This document shows, piece after piece, positions 16,991 through 34,299 of a DNA stretch of 64,000 nucleotides. Numbering within the stretch: the stretch's first letter is position 1; each line of letters begins with the position of its first letter. The stretch lies in the NCBI RefSeq assembly GCF_009914755.1, contig NC_060927.1; one strand, 5' to 3'. The DNA is from the human T2T-CHM13v2.0 reference genome, Homo sapiens. The notes beneath the pieces are model-generated. The model had not been told where the DNA came from and ran no database searches. It worked only from the letters and a program-made list of their open reading frames with translations. The translations under genes and the position numbers were made by a program.

Positions 16991-17368
16991 GAGGCTAAAA
17001 CTTGAAAAGGTTGAAAACTTTCCTAAGATCATGTAACCTTTAAATGCAGAGCAAGGACTTGGACCCTTGTCCACAGTGCCCCCATACAACCGGGTTCCAA
17101 GGCACCTGGACCACAAAATACAGCACAAGAATTGCCCACGTTTCTAAGAAGGCCAAGTGAGATTCTAAAGACACTGGAAACTTGAAAAAGTGAGGGAAAT
17201 GCCCACAATCATAATTTCCTGGAGGAGCTTTAATGCCTTATTTGAAATGTCTACTGTCCTCTCACCAAAGAGGAATCCAGGTTAGCCTCTTTGGAGAGAC
17301 CAAAGGCGGCCTGATCCAAGAAAACCAGCAGATGTTGAATTCTGACAGGGTATCCATAATCAGAACAG

Positions 17369-17700
17369 TTTTTTTTTTGTTGTTTTTGTTTTTGTTTTTT
17401 GTTGTTGTTGTTTTGTTTTGGAGATGGAGTCTTGTTCTGTCACCCAGGCTGGAGTGCAGTGGCACGATCTTGACTCACTGCAACTTCTACCTCCCGGATT
17501 CAAACGACTCTCCTGCCTCAGCCCCCGAGCAGCTGGGATTACAGGCGTGGACCATCATGCCTGGCTAATTTTTGTATTTTAGTAGAGAGGGGGTTTCACC
17601 ATGTCGGCCAGGCTGATCTCAAACTCCTGACCTCAGGTGATCCACCCACCTCGACCTCCCGAAGTGCTGGGATTACAGGCATGAGCCACCGTGCCCAGCC
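17369..17700 (-). mobile_element. AluSx-like
   Basis: Reverse Alu; TSD cagaaca(g/c)ttt. Confidence 0.94.
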
Positions 17701-17974
17701 CAGAACACTTTCTTAACGGAGGACCAAAAAAATGAGTAAAATATACAGACAGGTTATTTTTTAATCAGCAGAAAATCAATAAAGATGAAAACTGGTGATG
17801 TAAAATAGAGCCAGATAACTAACTAAACAAACAGAAAACAAGAGGCATTGAGAATCAGACTTCCTACATTCTGTAATACACTCAAACTCCTTTAAAAAAG
17901 GTTATATCTAAGCCATAGCAGCTGTGGTTATTATTTTCATATAAATACTTAAGAAGTGTCATACACTGCACTAA

Positions 17975-18130
17975 GCAGTGTGCCTTGAGCAAATCACTTA
18001 ATGTTTCCATGCCATGGTTTAATCTATAGGGCCAGCATCTACCCCACCTGTCTGTTGTGGGGATTAATTGAAATGGTATACATAATGTGCTTTGGAATAT
18101 GCCTGGCGGGTAGTAAGTGCTAAAAAAAAA
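17975..18130 (+). mobile_element. MIR
   Basis: ccttgagcaaatcacttaa...gttgtggggattaattgaa...tgcctggcgggtagtaagtgct core. Confidence 0.75.
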
Positions 18131-19599
18131 TATGAAGTGTTCTCATCACCACCACCCGGGGTTCAACCTTCTAAGGAGGATTTCTTCAACTCCATTTTTC
18201 AGATGAGTAAACTGAACCTTGATAAGCCATCCTCAGGGGTCAGAGAACAAAAGGGACTTAATCAGGACAGTTTCGGCAACACCAAAAGTTGATTCTGGCT
18301 AAGCCTTCGGCTCATTCCCAGCAATACCTGGAAACAGCTACAATGTGCTGCAAATAGTAGTGCCCAGGTATTTCCACCTAACTTGTACTCCTGTGACTAA
18401 CCCCTGAGCTGCACTACTCAAAGCAAGGTCCTCTAATGCATAATAAAACAAATTTACTAAAAGGCAGAAATCTATTAATTACAACCAAAGACTTCCATAA
18501 CAAAATACTGCAATTACTACTCACTACCTGGCTGGCTGTCTCTTTGAACAGGCTGAGATAATTGGTTTTCTTTACATTTTATTTTTCCTACTGAATTACT
18601 TTTTTTGTGTGTATGTATTAGCCACTACCACATTCAGGTACAAAGTGTGAAATTTCTTTTGCATATAAGGCTGCTCGTGCTCAAGGGAATATTTAGTAAA
18701 TTAGATGGGCATTTATTACCAAAAATTACGCAGGAAGGAAAGGGAAGAAGGTCCCCAAATTAATAATCTTATTAATACACAAATGCCATGTGAAATCCAT
18801 TCTCTTCTACTCCCCTGAACAATTCTCTTCAACAGAGATAACCGATAAGGTAGAAAAAAGAGGGTCAGAGAGAACTGAATTCAAGGAAGAAAGACAAAAA
18901 TGGGAAAATGAATACAGGATAAAAGATGTATTTTAGGTGGGAGGCTGTTGGGACAAAGTTCGGCCTGATTCAGGCATCACCCCCATTAAATAATAGATGT
19001 GGCCAATCTTGTCCCAGGGAGGTAAGACTTGCAGAGTTCACCTTATGGAAGCAGATCATAAGGATACATGTGAACCAAAGGAAAACAGAAGGAGGTCCTG
19101 GATATCCTCCGCTTCAGTCCTCCTAGCTCCAGGGACCTTGGAACTTGTACTTGCTCCCTCTGCTTAGACTGCCCATTCCCTGTTCTTGAAAGGGCCAACT
19201 CCTTATGTTCCAGGTCTCAGTCACATCCTTTTTCTTCCCAGGACATATGATCTGAAATTATGAAGTTCATCCATTTATAGACTTGCTTTTTTTATGCTCA
19301 GTAGGTATTGCTGGGGGATGAATGAATCTACAGTAGACGCCTAGACCTCTTTTAAGGAGAGATAAGGCACTGGAAAGCCATTTGATATTTGAATTGTTGG
19401 AAAAGAAATAAAAAGACTTCATTTGCTGTGCAGATTCCAAGGGCTCTCAGTTCCAGCTGCAGGCCATGTCGGGAAGTTGTCCCAGTCAACATCCAGGACA
19501 CTGGGAAAGGCCTCTGTGGTTGATTTGTGATGTCTGCCATGAGTGTAGCCACCAATATTTGTGCTTTACTCACTCTTTACTCATCCTACATCACCTAGG

Positions 19600-20195
19600 A
19601 TACTTTCCTTGTTGCTACCCTCCACAAGCAGCCAGAATGACCCTCCCAAAGGTAAGGCAGATGCTATCACAACACTTCTCAAACCCTCCAACAGCTCCTC
19701 TTCTCACTCAAGATAAAATCCAATGGCCAGTCACCGTCCATCTCCCTTCCCACCAAATGGGTTCCAGCTTCACTGGCGTCTTTACTATTCTACAAATACA
19801 GTGAGCTCACTCCTGCCTCCCTATCTTAGAAGCATTTTCCTCCATCAGAAACATCCCCCTTCCCTAACTTTCTGCAGGTACCTATTCAACTCACCTTATC
19901 AAGGAGGCCTTCCCTGCTCACCCTATGTAAAGAAACCCTCTGTCTCCATCACTTTCTGCCATTTCATTCAGCTTTAGTCTTCTTTATAACACCTACCACT
20001 TGAGATACATTTTTTTAATTATCTGTTTTCTTCATTCACCCTTTGTAGCCTCCCCATCCAATACCTTTATATTGGATTTTATCCAATATAAATATAAAGG
20101 AATTTTATCCTTTACATTCATGGGGCATCTCTAACACTTAGAACAGTAGTTGATACATAAGGAGTCCCCATTAAATATTTGTTGAATGAATAAAT
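19600..20195 (+). mobile_element. L2 3' region
   Basis: Pyrimidine-rich L2 motifs ending in aaatatttgttgaatgaataaataaatg. Confidence 0.7.
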
Positions 20196-20482
20196 AAATG
20201 TATTCCCCACTTATAATTAAAATAATTAAAATGATTAAGGCCATTTTCATCTAAAGAATAGCTTAACTGCCCAAGAAAATACATGTCCATGAGCTTCATG
20301 TTTATTTTCCCTCCTGCTAGATACCAAAAACAGAATTTCCTAACATTTGTGGCAATACAATAAAATAAAATAAAATATACATTTGGATTCTCAACAAAAA
20401 TTAATGTATCACACCACAGCATACATATAATAAAGAAACAAGAATAGGGGAAAAGCCAAACCCTTACAAATTTTCCCTAAAG

Positions 20483-23710
<3,228 letters not shown>

Positions 23711-23841
23711 CCCTAAAGAAAAATGTGAGATTTTAGAAACTGATTTTTAACTACATACAATTTTGACATTTTTGGTTTGTACATTAAAAATATGACATTC
23801 CTTATAAGACGGTTGAGATAGCCTCTAAAGAATCAATAGCA

Positions 23842-24160
23842 GGCTGGGCGCGGTGACTCACGTCTGTAATTCCAGCATTTTGGGAGGCCGAGGCGGGCAG
23901 ATCACGAGGTCAGGAGTTCAAGACCAGCCTGGCCAACATAGTGAAATCCGGCCTCTACTAAAAACACAAAAATTAGTTGGGCATGGTGGTGCATTCCTGT
24001 AATCCCAGCTACTCAGGAGGCTGAGGCAGGAGAATTGCTTGAACCGGGACCCAGGAGGCGGAGGTCACAATGAGTGGAGATCACACCACTGGGCACTCCA
24101 GCCTGGGCTACAGAGCGAGACTCCATCTCAAAATAAATAAATAAATAAATAATAATAATA
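23842..24160 (+). mobile_element. AluSg/Sx-like with (AAAT)n(AAT)n tail
   Basis: Alu dimer; caatagca on both flanks. Confidence 0.94.
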
Positions 24161-24944
24161 ACAATAGCAAATTTCATTCTACCATTTGACCAAATTATAA
24201 TTTTGAATAGTAATCATACATGAATTGATCTAATGTTTTAAATATTTTCCTAAAATCAAGCTTTGTATTCCATGGCTGCCCTGGATCTACTTATAAATAA
24301 AACTGAACAACCACATCTGATTTCATCCTAATGTTGTGATTTTTTTGGGTAGCAGTTCTGATAATTAGTAGGGATCAACAAATTAAAAAATGACTGTAAC
24401 ACGTCGTATAAGAAACCCTCAAAGGATAGAAAATGTGAATCTCTAACAGCCTCACATCCAAAAATTTCACCAAACATCTTTACCTGAAGCTGTTTCTTTA
24501 ATTGCTTCTAATGAAGTTGATGCATGTGTTAATTAAATATTAAGTGCAAATGTGAGTACTTCTAAGAGGAAGTACAGCTCTTCAGGTCACCAACATACTC
24601 CTTACACCCACCAATCCTTTAGAACATGAAGGCTGGGACCCCCAAATCACTTATTCAACCGCCCCTTTTTAACACAATGCGGCCACCATCAGGGGGCTCA
24701 TTACCAACTTGGAAACACAAAAATTATGTCCACAATATAGCTTAAGGGCAGTTTCTAAAAACAGGTTTACCAATATTAATTGCTGGCCTTGCACTAAGTG
24801 TTATTCACATATTATTTAATTTTCACAATAGCTCTGTAAGGTTTTCATGTATCCCCAGTTTACTAATGAAAAAAACTGATGTACCAATAGATTATCTAAA
24901 ATTCTCATAAAAGAAAAGCTCTAACTTGATTCCAAGTAGCTTTT

Positions 24945-25296
<352 letters not shown>

Positions 25297-26239
25297 TGAG
25301 CTTCCAAGACAGACCCCAAATAAAGGCACTTTTATTATAGGACTGAAAAAGATGTGACTAGGAAGAGCTTGAATAAGAACTTCATTTGCCAAGAAATGGT
25401 CTCTGGTGGACTCAGATTTTTCCCTTTTTTCTTCCTTGATGCTCAGAATCACAGCTGTACATTTCTAACAAAAAGATATATGAATCAGAGACAGCCAATA
25501 TGAGCAAAAGAATAAAATAGAGGAGAAAATAGTAAGAAATGGCTGCACTGGTAGCCGTGATAAAATTTTAATTTGAACATTTTCTGAGAACAGATTTTAG
25601 CTTATCAAGCGCTATGCAAATTATATGCAAATCCCACACAATGCCTGCATATATTCCCCGACGCTTGTTATTTTATTTATTTATTTTTTTTGCTCTCCCT
25701 AGGATGTGGCCCTTAGGAAATCTACCCCCTTGGCTCAGCACTCTAGATGGAACATTTGCTATACTGAAGATGACAAATCTGAAGGTTTCTGATCAGTATT
25801 CAGTACCTGTGTTTACGAGCGAGCCCACTGGTCCCCCATAATAGCAGCATTAAATCCAAATATCAAGTGGAATTTATATACATATATTTTTTAAGTGTCA
25901 GCTTATAAGGCCTCACCCTAGTTACAGGCAATCTTTAGCCACCCTGCTTCTTTAAAAATCAACGCACAAACACAACAAACCACCTCTTGGATGTAGTCAT
26001 TAGGCAGAAAGAGTTTCCACAGTGGAACCCAATACTGCCATAACCTTTAAGGTCAATGTTGTAATTTATCATGGGACCATGTGCAGGCTACCCCAGGAGA
26101 CATCTCTCACATGGCAGAGGTGACACACACGACAGTAAGGTGTCAATTTTACAATATATATGCAGAATCCAGGCCAGAAGCTATTAACTAGTCTTGCTAG
26201 CCTCTTCTCACTTTCTAGAATTAATTACCAAGCCCTCTC

Positions 26240-26541
26240 CTACCCTGGTCTTTTTGCTTGTTCTTTAAATGCTCTTGACTCTTCTACACGCCTTTGCATC
26301 CTTCAGGGCACAGCCTTAAAGCTCCCTTCTCTGAGAGGCCTTCCTTAGCTAAAGAAGATAACCCAATTATTTTCTGTTAGGCCACCGGTATGTACTACAA
26401 CCACTGGTACTTATTTTGTTTGTTTTACTTACTTATCTCCTTCAGGATCTGAACTCCTTGAAAGCAGGGACCCTGTCCATCTTGACAACCAGGATATTCC
26501 TAAAGCCTTAATGCACACTTATCAAATAAATAAATAAATAA
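26240..26541 (+). mobile_element. L2 3' end
   Basis: gaactccttgaaagcagggacc...(aaat)n. Confidence 0.65.
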
Positions 26542-27099
26542 GCAGCTCCTCCTTTTTATTTCCACTCCCAAAAGCTTGGGCTCAGCATATGGTGGTGAGA
26601 AACCGTCTTCCTTAGATCTCTGAGATGCAGGACTACCCCCTGCTGAGAATGATGGAAGGTACCCACCTTCATAGAATACTTGCAAGCAGAATCTGGAGCA
26701 GAGACACTGAGAGGACGGGCTTGGAGAGGCAGCCCACCCTCCACGTTCAGGAGCACCATGCTGCACCTGACAATCTGCCTCATTTGGCCTTCAAGGCATG
26801 ATGCGCATCTCTCTACTGTTTTGGCAGGGGGTGGCTGGCTTTCAGTCTTTGCTGCTATACGTGCTTCCTGACTACTGAACCAGAAGATGAGCAAATCTGA
26901 CAACTGCTCCAATGCCCAGTGAGTTTAACTAGAGTAATGAACACCACAAGGGCATCTGCTGGACGCAGGAGTAGGGTGTAAGTGAGGACCCATGACTGGC
27001 CAGTCAATTGTCTATTCAAATGCTAGCAAGATTGCCCTGGACAAGTTTTCTCCCTGATTAGAATAAAGACCCAATAAAAAAAATTGTCTAAGAATATTT

Positions 27100-27315
27100 A
27101 AATATACTCCAGGTGCCCTTTCTCATTTCATTAGATGAACTGCCCTTAGGCAATTCTACCCAAGCCCAAGGCTTCAATTGCTCTTTCTCTGCTGATGGAT
27201 CTTCCAGCCAGGACCTTTCTTCCTGAGCTCCTCCCAGAAATCCAGCTGCCTCCTGGACACTGCTACTTGGATATCTTGCAGTCATCTCAGACTCAAAATG
27301 TGCAAAACTCACCTA
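27100..27315 (+). mobile_element. L2 fragment
   Basis: cctgagctcctcc...cttggatatcttgcagtcatctcagactcaaaatgtgcaaaac. Confidence 0.65.
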
Positions 27316-30109
27316 AGGTCACACTAATAGAAAGTGGCAGGCTAATTTATAGTTTAGATGACACCAAAGAATATACACAGGCTTCCCAGTGTGCCCAGAT
27401 GCCTCCACCTCATTGACGGGGATGCCTGCGGGAGAGTAGAAGGGAGAGTGCCATTGTACCAACTTGCTTGGGTAAATGAACCTCAGGAAAATGAGTTCTA
27501 GATTAGTAATAGCAATGAGGATGTCAATAAAATTCTACCTGACCTCCCATTAACCCTGGGAACTGTTAACTTCAGTGTTAGCTAGGGATTTCTTAGACAT
27601 GCATGGGCTTAAAGTTGTTTCAAGAAATTCACTTGCTTAGAATTCAGTGAGTTTTTTTGGGAAGCTGGTACAATCTGAACAACCCTTTTTATTGCTTACT
27701 TTGCGTTTTAAGGGTCTCAGTTAATGAAGTATCTCCTAGCACAGGGGATGAGAAGAGGGGAAAGAAGGCAGGGCATCACCAATCCACTATTCCCTTTTAC
27801 TAATCCTCACAGGAAAAGACCATCCTACAACATCCTCCAAGTCCAGCTGGCTATCTGTTCTGCCTCATTTCTTCTATGTTTTATTCCACCAACACGAACA
27901 GGCTTAGTTTTCCCCAGCCCTGAACAGAGCTCTGTCCTCCTTAGGAGACACCTCATTTGCAGTTTGTTTCCAAGCTTCAACTCATTCCAATGTTCTTAGA
28001 CACAGTTGTTACCAAATGAGCACCAGCCCCAAGTGTCAACTCAACTGCCATGTGAGGAGGGAGCATCTACCCTTTCCAGTGGGAAGCTCAAATCGGGCTG
28101 GCTGTCCTAGATTGCCTCCTTTCCCCAGGCTTCCTACGGGGTTTCTAGACATTACCACTTGCCAGGTTTCTCCTGCCCTCGATCTTCTCTGTTCCTTATT
28201 ATCTCTGTCCAGAGAGATTATTTTGAATTGAAACTTTTCTTCCTCATCTGACTTGGCACCAAGAACTTGCACATTTGACAAAAGAGTCAATGGGGCTTAT
28301 GTGGTTTTTAAAATTTAGGAATGCTATGGTAGTCACTTCAATTTTCTTTTTCAACAATCATTTTAATCAGTTCCTGAAAATTTGTGTGCATTCAAGTGCA
28401 TGACGACATAAAAATTCATTTAAAAAAAAAAGGCACAAGTAGCTAACACTTTGTAGAAATGCGCCTCTATGGTGAGCTAAATCTCTCTCCTTCTTTTCAG
28501 TTATCCTCTAGACCCCGTCTCATCACAGTCTGCAGTAGATGTGCACTTCTCATATTTACCTACCCTTCCCAATAATCCCTATTTTCCTTCTAGACCCAAG
28601 ACACGGCTTTCTACTACTGCACAGACTCCTCCGCGGTTTCCTCAAATCCCCAACCAATTAAAAATGGCTCTGCCTGGCTGAATTTCTAGAGACCTTTGCT
28701 GAGGTTAAGGATCAGTCACAATTCATCTTATATTACTTTCATACAAATACTAGATAGGACAGAAATGCAGAGAATTTCAGAAGATTTTGCAAAAACTCTC
28801 ATTGTCATGGTTTTAAGTCAAACTAAGTTCTTATCAAGGCCTATTTGAAGAAAAAAAAATTTCTAAGCTTACATTTGGATAATAAAGTGCTATTTTAAGT
28901 ACTTTAATGTTTTCAGAGTATGTTAGCTTAACTGAGTATTTTCTCTGCCCTAGAAAATTTCACAAAGTGGTTAACATTCAGTGGCACACCAAGGCCAGCT
29001 ATGATGTGCTTTTTGAATTTACTGAAATTCTAATTAAATACAGAGTATCTTAGTAAGCCCTCAAGAGGAGCAATACCAACAATACATTATCCCTTAAAAA
29101 AGCAACTGTGAGCATTCACTGAATTGTATACTTTAAAATGGTTAAGTTTGTGTTATGTGAATTTTACCCTGATTTGTACAAAAAGAAATTGTACAAGGTG
29201 CAAGTCAGTCTAAACAACCTCTGATGGTAATGCTTCTTTATTCACATGGGGAGCAGCCATGAGTATCACATTCAATTGCAGAAACCCTAATTTATGGCTT
29301 TGAATAATTCTCAAAAGCTAAGTCATAACAGATCTTGAACATTTTCACATACCCCTAGATAATTAGACATTAATGTGTCCCATTCCAAAGATTACTTGAG
29401 TTTGGAAAAGGAATTTCAAAATCAAATGGCTACAAAAGTTTGAGCTCACTAATATGAAACGAACTTTTAAGTCTCTTGTTCAGACAGGGTTAATGTATAG
29501 GTTTGGGGCTAATCCTTCCTCTCAACAGAGAATCTAATGGAGTGTTAGCATTAATGTTCTTATTGATTGGCAAAATAAATTCTTATGGTGAAGATATATT
29601 TCCTTATCTGCAGTATATTTCTGTAGATGAAATGTGGTATCATACAAACCCAGCTCTGAGTCCATGAGTAACAAATCCTTCTGTAAAGTACAAACTGACT
29701 GTATTTGTGAGAATATGCCTTTCAGCATTTTCTATTCAACAGCTCAGCAAACTAAGTTCTCCAATTAATTTTTTTTTCTAATCAATGTAATGAAAACATT
29801 AGCACTTTTGCTACATTTTGTCAGGAAAACCACTAGTAGATGGTACACGGGCTAGTTTAAATTTCATTTTGCTTTGCAAATGGGATTTAAAACAAAATAA
29901 TCTTTACCAAATTGATGCTTCTGTCTGAAAGGACCAAAATTTATGTTTTAAAAAATGCTCTGAAATAGCAAACCATGGCAACTGTTGACATGAATGAGCT
30001 AAATCTGAGCGGAACTCTTAAAAGCCTCACTGGGATATTTAGCAACTATTCCAGAAAGACTAAGGCACCATACCATAGCCTCTGCCTTCCCTGAAATTAC
30101 CCAGCCTCC

Positions 30110-30590
30110 ATTCACTGACTTAACAAATGTGCGCCCAGCACCTCCTGGGTGCCAAGCACAGTGGTCTGAATGGGAAACTGTCGAAAATGAGCCAAAGTCC
30201 TCTCTCTCAATGAGCTGGCAAACAGCATCACAACAGACTGTGCCAAATAAGGACAGAAGAAGGCTTGAGGTGGTTAGGAGTCCAGAATATCCTGGAGAGG
30301 AGTGAAAGATAAGGAGGATCCAGACAGGGGATGAGAAGGGAAAGAGATGTGGAGGGGAAATGGAAATGCAAAGGTCCAGAGACAAAGCAAATCTGACAGC
30401 ATTACTGACTTCATGTTGACTACAGCGTAATGGATGGGTGGGTGGGGGGAACAGTATGGGATGGAAATGAAAACGCAAGCAGGAGCCAGAGACCACAGGA
30501 CTCTCTCAGCCATGGTAATAAGTTCCAGCATGTTATTTTAATTGCAACAGGAAGACACTGAAAGACTTTATTCAGGATGCTCAATTTGCT
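30110..30590 (-). mobile_element. L2 fragments
   Basis: cattcactgacttaacaaatgtgcg...gtgccaagcacagtg (reverse L2 3' end) and a purine-rich L2 body. Confidence 0.55.
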
Positions 30591-31012
30591 TTAAATCCTA
30601 GTCCTATAATTCCATCTCACAAGACATAAACAAAAAATGTCCATACCAAAACCACCTGTGGATTTCATTTATCATTTCAAGTGAACCACCGTCTCGGCAT
30701 GGCAGTCGGATAAACTAAAGACTTGGCAAAAGATTTCAGGGAATGACAGCTCATTGATCAAACACGAATGTGTTTGCCGTAGTTACTGTAGATGTTGTAT
30801 AAACTTCTATTCCCAAAGTCTGACCAAACCTTAGATGTAGGCAACTTTCCTTCAGTGCTGATTGGCAGGGCTCTAATGTGTAATCTAAAAAGTGAACCTG
30901 CCATTTCACACTTCCAAATTAAATATTTAATGACTGATATGTTTCAGGGTTGATGCTATGCCACATAGAAGCACTTTGTCAAGAATCAAACCATGCAATT
31001 GAGATGGCAAAA

Positions 31013-31386
31013 GAGCACAGTGGCTCACACCTGTAATCCCAGCACTTTGGACGTGCAGCCTCCCCTCCCCGAGTGCCAGGGCAACCGGCCTGAGCCACAG
31101 CGGCTCCCTATCCCAGCACTTTGGGAGGCCGAGCCAGGTGATTGTTTGAGCCCAGGAGTTTGAGACCATCCTGGGCAACACAGTGAGACACTGTCTCTCT
31201 AACAAAAAAAATTTTTTAAATAGTCAGGCATGGTTGTGCGTGCCTGTAGGCCCAGCTACTTGGGAGGCTGAGGTGGGAGGACTGCTTAAACCTGAGAGGT
31301 TGAAGCTACAGTGAACCATGATGGGGTCACTGCACGGCAAACTGGGTGACAGAGTGATACCCTATCTCAAAAAAAAAAAAAAAAAA
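31013..31386 (+). mobile_element. AluJ-like carrying a 59-bp foreign insert
   Basis: Alu dimer; TSD ag(a/t)tggcaaaaga; insert at 31051-31109. Confidence 0.92.
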
Positions 31387-32277
31387 AGTTGGCAAAAGAA
31401 TCCCTGGAGAAAAGATAATTATTAAGCCACAAAGATAAAAAGATATTTCACCAACTATGGATTTTACACACCCTCTCAAGCTTCTTTCTCAGTAAAACCT
31501 TTAAACTATATTGATAGCTGAACCAGAGAGGAAAGCAAGCCAATAAAATTAGGAGGTCGCTAAAAATCCAAAGTCATGGCCATGCCAATCCAACCTGCGG
31601 CTGTAACTGTGTGAAGAATATAAAACTGGCACATAGAAAGAATGAGGTAATATTGGATAAGGTATCAATGTCTACACACTTTAAAAGCATCTCACCATCA
31701 AAAAGTATGGAATTGGACATAGTTCTACATATGTCCTATTTACCAAAATAATCACCCCTATAAATGTAACCCACTTCCTGGAGTTGAAAAATAATCTTTA
31801 GAATCAACCTGACAAAGCCAATGCCTCTCTTACCTGAGGTTCAAGACAGGACAATGATTTACAGATAGGACCCAACCTGGCTTTTCCCCCCTTTTAAAGA
31901 AATCAATGGCATTTAAATATGGAAATGAATTGTTAAAAGAATAAAGAGATGGTAGTAAACGCCAAAAGAAGAGGAAGGTTAGCTTTCATTGGGATAAGTA
32001 TCCTCTGTCCTCTTGTAATTACCAGTGAGAAGCTCTTCTGTGCCTGAGGAAGAGAGACAGAACAGGCTCAGAGGAGCAGCCAGGTGCTTGCTTCACTGAT
32101 AGAGGTGACAGACCCCTCAGAGACGAAGAAGCAGAGACGGACTGGGAGATGCCACTGCCTCACTTAACTCAGAACATCTCTTTCTTTTGAAACTTGAATT
32201 TGGGGAGAAAGTGCTCAATTATTTCTTCTAGTTAAGGCTTGGGGGCAGTCAGGTGGGCAAATCGGTCATTGGTGGTG

Positions 32278-32423
32278 GGGAGGAAAGAAAAAAGGAAGGA
32301 TGAAAAAGTGAGAAAAAAGGAAGGGAGGGAAGAAGAGGAGAATGATGGGAAGAGAGTAAAAAGCAAAAGAAGAAAGAAGAGAGAAAGAAAACAGGGGGAA
32401 GGACAGAGAAAGAACAGACAAGA
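32278..32423. repeat. GA-rich low-complexity polypurine tract
   Basis: Almost only A and G over ~145 bp. Confidence 0.85.
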
Positions 32424-33936
32424 GCTAGCATTATATCTCTTCTGGTGGCTTCCAGACAGACTGCCATTCTTCTCAATCAACCCTTCCCTTCTTTCTTCTT
32501 TTTCTTCTTCACCAAATTCCAGGATACCTGGGTAGGTGATGAACATGAGGAGAAAGGAGAAACGGTAAATCCACCCAAGCAGGAAGGAGTAATTTCCAAC
32601 TCTATCACCCATCTCCCAATGCCCCACAAATTCTGTGGCCTTAGAGGGGCAAACTGAGGTTTTATAAAGGTTAACAGAGGTTTTATAAGGGTTCTAATTT
32701 ACCTGGACCTCAGAAGAGGGACAAGCCTGCACATCTGGGCTTTGGCATAACAGAAATTATGCTTAAAGTTAGCCAGTGATTTTCAAGTAAACATGAATAT
32801 GTATATACACTACATGGCCGTTCTCTTTTGGTGACAGAAATGTGCTCAGCATTCACATCATTCTCGCTTGGTTTTTTCCAAGTAATGAAAAGGGGCAACG
32901 AGAAAATGTGCAGCTCAACACATTTCTTATACCAATCTCCAAAGCAAGGGCAGTCAGTGGCATGCCAGAAATGAAAACCTGCTATCTCTTTTTTTTCCAG
33001 TCCAATGCTTAGCACACTGGATTACAGAGCCTTCAAAAGTTTTAAGAACAGGTATCTTTGAAGCTGTCTTTTGTCAAGTCTCTGTCATTAAAAGTGAGTT
33101 GACTCACCTACCTCTATTAATACATCTGAGGTCTCTCTTCATCTTTAAGAGCCACTGAATAGAGCAAGATTGGAGGATAAAATATTTAAACCTCTTTTAG
33201 GAACATCATGGGTGAGTTTTGGGAAAGCAAAGATACCAAATTAGAGACAACAGGAAACGTCAGTAGTCTTACGGCTTTTCTTTGCCAACATGAGCTTCTA
33301 GCAAGACCAGATGCACTTCGGATCAGCCTTTCCATAACTTATCCATTAGAGATGTCTTTAAGCACATTGACACCCAATTTTGCCACCTTCATCTGAATAT
33401 GAGAAGAGTGCTCATTTCACGTTTTCACGTTGCATTTGACAGATTAAAACTTGAAGATATGTTTTTGTCAAGCAATTTGAAAAGAATTTTAGTAGCTCTA
33501 ATTGACGTACAGAACTAGCCTCTACATTAATTGAAACATAAACCATAACTGGTGTAAATCAAATCATGATTGATACTCTCTTGCCTAGAAGTATCTGGTG
33601 TGAATTAAGTTATGAGAAACACTGCATCCCAAACCAGTGACCTTACAATCAAAGCTTCTCCAAAAAGCTGACTTGGTGAGCAAATAGTGAAATGTGCCAC
33701 ATAAAGCCCAAGCTTTTGACTTCTGAAAGTTGTCTTTTGTAGACTACCTTGTTGTTAGAGAAAGTATGTTAAGAGGTTACTCCCCAAGATTTCACAAGCC
33801 TTTTTTTAAAGGAATGGTTTTAAAAAGCAAAATACTATAATAAGGCAAAATAGAAGGCAGACAAGCGATCAGTGAAAAGGCAAGCTTAAACTAGGTAAGT
33901 TTAGAAGATGTCTTTACTTGGTGAATCACTTATTAA

Positions 33937-34254
<318 letters not shown>

Positions 34255-34299
34255 TAACCTTACATTTCTAAAGCACTAAGAAGTTTCTAGATTTGAGTT

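Noticed and set aside
31834-31890. 57-nt open minus-strand exon ending CAG|GTAAGA
   Set aside because: The donor is strong but the acceptor (tttaaaag) is weak, and the peptide GGKARLGPICKSLSCLEPQ is not recognisable.
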